NCBI GenBank assembly: GCA_963769935.1
Contig: CAVYNY010000007.1
Coordinates: 96,001-160,000 of the forward strand
Direction: 5' to 3'
Length of the DNA stretch: 64,000 nucleotides
DNA from: an uncultured delta proteobacterium
GTDB lineage: Bacteria; Desulfobacterota; Desulfobacteria; Desulfobacterales; JAFDCJ01
Shown here: positions 57,820 to 64,000 of the stretch, piece by piece
Numbering within the stretch: the stretch's first letter is position 1
How the letters are laid out: every line of letters begins with the position of its first letter
Translations under genes and position numbers: made by a program
The notes under the pieces: model-generated
What the model was told of the DNA's origin: nothing
Databases searched by the model: none
The model's input: the letters and a program-made list of their open reading frames with translations, nothing else

Positions 57820-58641
57820 ATGGACGCCAAACAACTCATCCAAGAGGGTCGGCTGACGGAGGCCCGCAGTCTTTTGATAAAGGCGGTGAAGTCTTTCCCG
57901 GCTGATACAAACAGTCGCACCCTGCTGTTCCAGGTGCAGGCCTATTCCGGCGAATGGGAAAAGGCTCGGCGCCAGCTGGAAGCCATCAGTACGCAGGATG
58001 CCGAACGAGAAACGGGTATCCAGGTTTACCTGAACCTGATTCAGGCCGAAACCGAACGCAGCAAGGTTTTTGAACGCCGGGCCAACCCCTCGTTTCTGCC
58101 GGAAGCCCCCGGCTATGCCCAACGCCACGCATCCGCCTGGCAAAAGATCCTGGATCAGGAATTCGAGGAGGCCGAAAGCCTCTTCGCGGAGCTGGAAACC
58201 AGGTGCGCTGGAATCTCCGGCACCCTCAACGGCAAAAATTTTGCCGGGTTCAAGGAGACGGATACATGCCTGACCTGTTTTCTGGAAGCTTTTGTCCACG
58301 AACGCTATGTCTGGCTTCCTTTTGAGGCGCTGCGAGAGCTCTCCCTGCCGGCGCCGCAAACGCTGCTGGATCTTCTGTGGGCGCCGGCGCAGGTGACGAC
58401 CCGGCAAGGATTGACGCTCAACTGTTTTCTGCCGGTGCTCTATCCGGCTTCCTCCGGGCAGGCCGACGAGCGTCTGAAGCTCGGCCGCATGACCGATTGG
58501 ACAGACCTGGGTTCAGGCTATTGCAGGGGGGTTGGGCAGCATGTTTTTCAGGTGGGGGATGAAGATATCGGTCTTTTAGAAATTCGTGAAGCGATTTTTA
58601 ATGTCCTTGATGCGGAGAAAAATGATGAAAGCGGACATTGA
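57820..58641 (+). CDS. tagJ: T6SS accessory TagJ (ImpE/SciE)
   Basis: R.LLFQ....GEWEKA..QL, YVWLPF, P..LLDLLW.P, LP.LYP, LGRMTDW, GVGQH. Confidence 0.88.
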   Translation: MDAKQLIQEGRLTEARSLLIKAVKSFPADTNSRTLLFQVQAYSGEWEKARRQLEAISTQDAERETGIQVYLNLIQAETERSKVFERRANPSFLPEAPGYAQRHASAWQKILDQEFEEAESLFAELETRCAGISGTLNGKNFAGFKETDTCLTCFLEAFVHERYVWLPFEALRELSLPAPQTLLDLLWAPAQVTTRQGLTLNCFLPVLYPASSGQADERLKLGRMTDWTDLGSGYCRGVGQHVFQVGDEDIGLLEIREAIFNVLDAEKNDESGH

Positions 58642-59932
58642 TCTGGTTGGCATCCTGAAGCCCATCGAGGGCGCCAATCCGGCCGGGGAAGATCTGCGCT
58701 ACGTCCTGTATGATCAGATTTCCGAGGCCCGCCGCGCAGATGATGCGCTGGATCGCGGCGATTGGCAGCGTGAAACGAAAAGTGCCGATTGGACAACCGT
58801 CATGTCTATGTGTGTGGATGCGCTGCTGAATCGGACCAAGGATCTGCAGATCGCCGGCTGGCTGACGGAGGCCTTGACCGTCATGCAAGGGTTTGCCGGA
58901 TTGGCAACCGGTCTGATGATCATGCGCGGGTATCTGGAAAATTTCTGGGAATCGGTTTATCCGGAAATCGAAGATGATGATCTGGAATTCAGGGTCGGGC
59001 GGCTTGAATTTCTAAATAATTCTCTATGGTCCCGGGTTAAACAGATCCCGCTCACCGACGGCAGCGCCAAAGCAGGCTACTCGTGGCTGCAATGGGAAGA
59101 ATCGCGCCAGGTCGGCTACGAAGGCGACGCCGCCAAAGCCGGACAACGGCAGGAACTCGTGGCGGAGGGCAAATTGACGGCCGAAGAATTTGACGGCGCG
59201 GTGGCAGCATCTTCCAGAACTTTTTATGAAGCCCTCGCTGCGGATGTCGAAAAATGCAGCGAAGAGTTTCAAAACCTCGAACGGCTGGCCGATGAAAAAT
59301 TCGGCAATGATGCACCCCGCTTGGCGGAACTGCGGGAATCGCTTGAAGCCTGCAAGCAGCTGGTTGCAAGAATTTTAAAGGAAAAGCGAGCCCTCGAACC
59401 CGATAAGGAAGAACCGGCCGGCAGTGAGGATGCCGCCCCGGCTGAAAATTCGGCGTCACCGGAGGGCGAATCGGCGCCGGCGGGTGTGGTTGCCGACCAT
59501 CGAATGGAGGCCCCGATCATACCGACCGAAATGATTGCGGATGCGGCGGCTCAAGAAGACCATCTGTGGCAGAGGGCCGGTGAACTGCTGAAAACCTCCG
59601 GCATAAGGGCCGGACTGCAGCAACTTCAGGTGGCCTCCGCAACGGCGTCGTCGGTTCGGCAGCGCAACCGGTACCGGCTGCTGATGGCCAAAGTGTGCCT
59701 CAAGGCCGATCGACCCGATCTTGCCAAGCCGATTCTGGAAGAGCTCCATGCGCTGATTGAAGAACTGAAACTTGAACGCTGGGAGTCACCCAACTGGATC
59801 GCGGATGTGCTCGAGGCCTTGTATCTATGCCTGACGGCGGGAGATGCCAACGATGATCCCGGCCGGGCCGGGGAGCTTTTCCGCAGGATGTGCACGCTGG
59901 ATGTCACCAAGGCGATGATTTATAAACAGTAA
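58622..59932 (+). CDS. tssA: T6SS TssA (ImpA N-terminal domain)
   Basis: LKPI.G.NPAGEDLRY, ADW, TKDLQIAGWLTEA, W..VYP; C-terminal L..WE motif. Confidence 0.9.
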   Translation: MMKADIDLVGILKPIEGANPAGEDLRYVLYDQISEARRADDALDRGDWQRETKSADWTTVMSMCVDALLNRTKDLQIAGWLTEALTVMQGFAGLATGLMIMRGYLENFWESVYPEIEDDDLEFRVGRLEFLNNSLWSRVKQIPLTDGSAKAGYSWLQWEESRQVGYEGDAAKAGQRQELVAEGKLTAEEFDGAVAASSRTFYEALAADVEKCSEEFQNLERLADEKFGNDAPRLAELRESLEACKQLVARILKEKRALEPDKEEPAGSEDAAPAENSASPEGESAPAGVVADHRMEAPIIPTEMIADAAAQEDHLWQRAGELLKTSGIRAGLQQLQVASATASSVRQRNRYRLLMAKVCLKADRPDLAKPILEELHALIEELKLERWESPNWIADVLEALYLCLTAGDANDDPGRAGELFRRMCTLDVTKAMIYKQ

Positions 59933-59955
59933 TTTTTTCAGAAAGGAGTCAAAAA

Positions 59956-60495
59956 ATGCCTGAAAGTATACAACACAAGATTGATAGAGTCAGAGCACCG
60001 AGAGTTCACATCACCTATGACGTGGAAATCGGTGACGCCATCGAAATGAAAGAGATTCCTTTTGTCGTCGGCGTGCTGGCCGATTTGTCCGGCAAACCCG
60101 AGCAACCCCTGCCGAAGATGAAAGATCGTAAATTCATTGAAATCGACCGGGATAATTTCGACAAGGTCCTGGCAGGCATGAATCCCCGACTGGCCTTCCG
60201 CGTGGATAACAAACTGACGGGCGACGATACTAAAATGGCGGTCGAGCTGCGCTTTAAATCCATGGACGACTTTCACCCCGAACGTGTTGCCGACCAGGTA
60301 GCGCCGCTGCGCAAACTGGTTGAAACCCGCCAACGCCTTTCCGATCTGCTCAGCAAAATGGACGGCAATGACCGGCTGGATGAACTGCTGCAGGAAGTAA
60401 TGTCCAGCACGGAAAAGGTCGAACAGCTGGCCAAGGAAGCCGGTGTGGAAAAATCCGCTCCAGCGGAAGGTGAAGAACCAAAAAAAGAAGAATAG
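59956..60495 (+). CDS. tssB: T6SS sheath small subunit TssB
   Basis: RVRAPRVHITYDVE, EIPFVVGVLADLSG, IDRDNFD, DDFHPE. Confidence 0.96.
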   Translation: MPESIQHKIDRVRAPRVHITYDVEIGDAIEMKEIPFVVGVLADLSGKPEQPLPKMKDRKFIEIDRDNFDKVLAGMNPRLAFRVDNKLTGDDTKMAVELRFKSMDDFHPERVADQVAPLRKLVETRQRLSDLLSKMDGNDRLDELLQEVMSSTEKVEQLAKEAGVEKSAPAEGEEPKKEE

Positions 60496-60512
60496 CATAA
60501 AGGAGAACGACG

Positions 60513-62006
60513 ATGGCCGAAAACGAACAAGAGCAAAAACCTGAAACCGCTCAGGCGGAAGAGGTCCAGCAGGAATTGAGCCTTCTGGATCAGATTATCG
60601 ATGACGGCAAAATGGCGCTCGACGAGAGCCACCGGGGACTTGCGAAAGATCTTATCGGTGAGTTTGTCGGCCAGATCATGGAAGGCGTCATGGTGGTGTC
60701 GAAGGATACGGAAGCCATGATCAACAGCCGCATCAGCCAGATCGACAAACTCATTTCCGACCAGCTCAACGAAATCATGCACCATTCCGATTTTCAGAAG
60801 CTGGAAGGCTCCTGGCGGGGGCTGAACTACCTGGTGATGCACAGTGAAACCGGTGAGCATATGAAAATCCGGGTCATGAATGCTACCAAAAAAGATCTGC
60901 TGAAGGACCTGGAGAAGGCTGCCGAGTTCGATCAATCGGTCCTTTTCAAAAAGATCTATGAAGCCGAATTCGGCACCTTCGGCGGTTCCGCCTACGGTGC
61001 CCTGATTGGTGACTTCGAGATCAGCAATCATCCCCAGGACATGTCCTTTATCGAGAAAATGTCCCAGGTCGCCGCGGCGGCCCATGCGCCTTTCATTGCC
61101 GCGGCCGGATCCGAGCTGTTCGGTTTTGAAAGCTACACCCAGCTTGGCGAACCCCGGGATCTGGCCAAGATCTTCCAGCGCACCGAGTTCGCCAAATGGC
61201 GATCTTTTCGCGAATCGGAAGATTCCCGTTACGTGGGCCTGGCGCTGCCGCACATCCTGATGCGCCTGCCCTACGGCAGTGCCAACGTTCCGGTAGAAGC
61301 GTTTAATTTCGAAGAAGAAGTGGACGGCGTCGATCACAGCAAATACCTGTGGGGCAATGCGGCCTTCGCTCTGGGTGCCCGGCTCACCGATGCCTTTGCC
61401 AAATATCACTGGTGTGCGGCAATCCGGGGTGTGGAGGGCGGCGGTCTGGTGGAAGGGTTGCCGGTCCACACTTTCAAGACCGACGAAGGTGATGTGGCAC
61501 TCAAGTGTCCGACCGAAATTGCGATCACCGACCGGCGGGAGAAAGAACTGGCCGATCTGGGATTTATTCCGCTGGTTCACTGCAAGGACACGGATTATGC
61601 GGCATTTTTCAGCACCCAGACCGCCAACAAACCAAAAGTATACGATACGGATTCCGCCAATGCCAACGCGCGGCTGTCTTCGCAGCTGCAGTACATTCTG
61701 GCCGTTTCCCGGTTTGCCCATTACCTGAAATCCATCATGCGGGACAAAATCGGCAGTTTCATGACCCGCAAAAACGCGGAAGATTTTCTCAACCGCTGGA
61801 TCAACAATTATACCCTTGGCGATGATGACGCCGGCCAGGAGATGAAAGCCAAATATCCCCTGCGCGAAGCGCGGGTGGATGTCACCGAAGTTGCCGGGAA
61901 ACCGGGCGTCTATCGGGCGGTGGCCTTTTTAAAGCCGCATTACCAACTGGACGAACTGACCATCTCCCTGCGGCTGGTTGCCGATCTGCCGCCGCCTGCG
62001 GCCTAA
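60513..62006 (+). CDS. tssC: T6SS sheath large subunit TssC
   Basis: FQKLEGSWRGL, AHAPFI, LWGNAA, IRGVEGGG.VEGLP, SRFAHYLK, PLREA. Confidence 0.97.
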   Translation: MAENEQEQKPETAQAEEVQQELSLLDQIIDDGKMALDESHRGLAKDLIGEFVGQIMEGVMVVSKDTEAMINSRISQIDKLISDQLNEIMHHSDFQKLEGSWRGLNYLVMHSETGEHMKIRVMNATKKDLLKDLEKAAEFDQSVLFKKIYEAEFGTFGGSAYGALIGDFEISNHPQDMSFIEKMSQVAAAAHAPFIAAAGSELFGFESYTQLGEPRDLAKIFQRTEFAKWRSFRESEDSRYVGLALPHILMRLPYGSANVPVEAFNFEEEVDGVDHSKYLWGNAAFALGARLTDAFAKYHWCAAIRGVEGGGLVEGLPVHTFKTDEGDVALKCPTEIAITDRREKELADLGFIPLVHCKDTDYAAFFSTQTANKPKVYDTDSANANARLSSQLQYILAVSRFAHYLKSIMRDKIGSFMTRKNAEDFLNRWINNYTLGDDDAGQEMKAKYPLREARVDVTEVAGKPGVYRAVAFLKPHYQLDELTISLRLVADLPPPAA

Positions 62007-62187
62007 AGCGCTCCATTAACGTTGCATAAATATTTTATGCAACTTAAGGGTTTACAGCGGATTTGGAAAGGAGGTGAAAGCGCGTTAAAAAGTGGTGCAA
62101 AAGGATGGCAAGACAATAAACTAAATAAAAGCACGAGACAATTGAACCGGGACTCAGCCGGGTCCCATTGGGAAAGGAGATTCTACC

Positions 62188-62670
62188 ATGGCAGTCGACA
62201 TGTTTTTAAAAATTGAGGGCATAAAAGGGGAGTCCGCCGACGACAAGCACAAGGATGAAATTGATGTGCTTGCCTGGAGTTGGGGGGCTTCACAGAGCGG
62301 CACCATGCACACCGGCGGCGGGGGTGGGGCCGGCAAGGCCAGCTTCCAGGATGTCAGCGTCACCAAATGGGTCGACAAAAGTTCACACGCGCTGCTCAAG
62401 GCGGTTGCTGTGGGCCAGCATGTCAAATCCGCCCTGCTGACGGTCCGCAAAGCCGGTGAAAAGCCGCTGGAATACATCAAGCTTACCATGAAGGATTGCC
62501 TGATTTCCTCGGTTTCCTCCGGGGGATCGGGCGGCGAGGACCGTTTGACGGAAAATATCACCATCAACTTCGCTAATTTCGCCTATGAGTATACACCGCA
62601 AAAGTCGGACGGCAGCGGAGACGCTGTGTTGCCTTTCGGCTTTGACATTAAGGCGAATAAACCGACATGA
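62188..62670 (+). CDS. hcp: T6SS tube protein Hcp (TssD)
   Basis: MAVDMFLKIEGIKGES.D..HKDEIDVLAWSWG.SQSG..H.GGGGGAGK. Confidence 0.97.
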   Translation: MAVDMFLKIEGIKGESADDKHKDEIDVLAWSWGASQSGTMHTGGGGGAGKASFQDVSVTKWVDKSSHALLKAVAVGQHVKSALLTVRKAGEKPLEYIKLTMKDCLISSVSSGGSGGEDRLTENITINFANFAYEYTPQKSDGSGDAVLPFGFDIKANKPT

Positions 62671-63140
62671 TGGAAAAAAATCTTAACGCACAGGCATCCA
62701 TCCTGGACAGGCTCCTGGATCACGATCCCAAGGTCGCCAGCGAGCCTGTGCGGGATCGCCTTTCGGTCCGGCAAATCAAGAATGCCGTAATCAGGGACCT
62801 GGAGAATCTCCTCAACACCCGGCGTCAAATCCTGGTACCGTCGCCGGAATATCATGAGGTTCATAACTCCCTGTATATGTACGGCTTACAGGACTTCACG
62901 ATGAAGAACCCGGGCAGCCCGATGGTTAAACAGAAATTGCGCCAGGTCATTGAACGGACCATCTCCCGTTTTGAACCGCGTTTGAAGAACGTCACCGTAC
63001 AGATTGAAGCACCGGGTCAGAATGCGCGGGATCTGCGGTTTAGAATCACCGCGATGCTGGTTTTAGAACCCATCACCGAACCAGTAATTTTCGATACCTA
63101 TTTCGATGTCGGCCGGGGGGAATATAAGATCCAGCAATAG
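62667..63140 (+). CDS. tssE: T6SS baseplate subunit TssE (gp25-like)
   Basis: SILDRL, RDLENLLNTR, YGL.D, I.RFEPRL. Confidence 0.93.
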   Translation: MMEKNLNAQASILDRLLDHDPKVASEPVRDRLSVRQIKNAVIRDLENLLNTRRQILVPSPEYHEVHNSLYMYGLQDFTMKNPGSPMVKQKLRQVIERTISRFEPRLKNVTVQIEAPGQNARDLRFRITAMLVLEPITEPVIFDTYFDVGRGEYKIQQ

Positions 63141-63170
63141 ATTGAAGCTGTTAGGAGAGCTATTATTATT

Positions 63171-64000
63171 ATGGATGAACAACTACTGCAATACTATGAA
63201 CGCGAACTGACGTACATTCGCGCGATGGCGGCGGAATTCGCCCGAACTTACCCCAAGATCGCCGGCCGACTCCTCCTCGAACCCGACCGCTGTGAAGACC
63301 CGCATACCGAGCGGCTCATCGAAGCCTTTGCCTTTATCAGCGGCCGGATCCATAAAAAAATCGATGATGATTTTCCGCAAATTACCGAGTCGTTGTTCAA
63401 CATTCTCTATCCGCATTACATCAATCCGATTCCGTCCATGTCGATCGTCAAGTTCGAACCGGTCCGGCAGAATGTGCCTGAAAACGGCTATCGAATTGAC
63501 AGCCGCACCAAACTTTACTCCAAACCGGTTCAGGGTGCCCCCTGTCAGTTTTTCACCACCCAACCGGTGATGCTGTGGCCGATCGAGGTGGTTTCCGCCG
63601 GACTGCGTGATCCGCTGGATGTCACCAGCGGAGCGCCGCAGGCGATTTTTATCGAGTTAAAAACCTTCAACAAATTAAAATTTTCGCAGCTGGGATGGGA
63701 CTCCCTGCGTTTTTTTCTCAACGGCCCTTCCCAGCATGTCTTTCATCTTTATGAGCTCCTGCTGAACAATGCCATTGAGATTATCTACGAATCAATGGAC
63801 AGCCGGGGAAAAGGTCAGACGGTCGCGACCGGGCCGGATACCATCAAAGCGGTGGGATTCGAGCCGCATGAACGCATGCTGCCGTATCCGCAGCGGTCGT
63901 TTCCGGGCTACAGCCTGCTATTCGAATATTTCTGCTTTCCGGAAAAGTTTCTGTTTTTCGATCTCGGTGGATTGCAGAAAATCCGCCAACTGGCTGCCAC
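63171..64000 (+). CDS. tssF: T6SS baseplate subunit TssF (partial, runs off right edge)
   Basis: Manual translation: MDEQLLQYYERELTYIR..AAEFARTYPKIAGRL...DPHTERLIEAFAF...GYSLLFEYFCFPEKF. Confidence 0.93.
   Translation, partial: MDEQLLQYYERELTYIRAMAAEFARTYPKIAGRLLLEPDRCEDPHTERLIEAFAFISGRIHKKIDDDFPQITESLFNILYPHYINPIPSMSIVKFEPVRQNVPENGYRIDSRTKLYSKPVQGAPCQFFTTQPVMLWPIEVVSAGLRDPLDVTSGAPQAIFIELKTFNKLKFSQLGWDSLRFFLNGPSQHVFHLYELLLNNAIEIIYESMDSRGKGQTVATGPDTIKAVGFEPHERMLPYPQRSFPGYSLLFEYFCFPEKFLFFDLGGLQKIRQLAA

Noticed and set aside
60273..61721. 482-aa antisense ORF (also 30208..31353, 57499..58407, 40259..41035 and similar)
   Set aside because: These are shadow ORFs opposite well-supported genes in GC-rich coding DNA, with no recognisable motifs.

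Overview
Bacterial chromosomal window. Gene content and intergenic repeat style suggest a Desulfobacterales-like deltaproteobacterium (inference). About 1-28 kb is mixed housekeeping and signalling: a peptide ABC transporter, a DUF134-Mrp-MBL operon, trmO, a REC-HD-GYP-REC protein, two hybrid histidine kinases, a selenoprotein selD (in-frame UGA plus SECIS-like hairpin, missed by the ORF track), a PfkB kinase plus CDP-alcohol phosphatidyltransferase pair, and a dihydrouridine synthase. About 28.3-47.1 kb is a catabolic island: tartrate/D-malate dehydrogenase, a coenzyme-B12 diol dehydratase with fused large+medium subunits (natural Gln336Ala, no adjacent reactivase or microcompartment genes), aldo-keto reductase, 2-hydroxyacid dehydrogenase, CUT1 ABC importer, IlvD/Edd dehydratase, DUF1537 four-carbon acid-sugar kinase, PdxA2, tartronate-semialdehyde reductase, ABM protein, amidase and tautomerase. 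This island is the best candidate for an undescribed pathway. From 47.8 kb to the end is a type VI secretion operon (tssJKLM-tagF-tagJ-tssABC-hcp-tssE-tssF), led by two unusual genes: a Cys-rich, possibly pseudokinase-like protein with six T-x-x-L repeats, and an FHA-less TagH-C-like protein. Several single-base frameshifts probably reflect sequencing indels. A ~150-bp imperfect palindromic repeat occurs four times. No rRNA, tRNA, CRISPR array or transposase was seen. Family assignments come from motif recognition only, not database searches.
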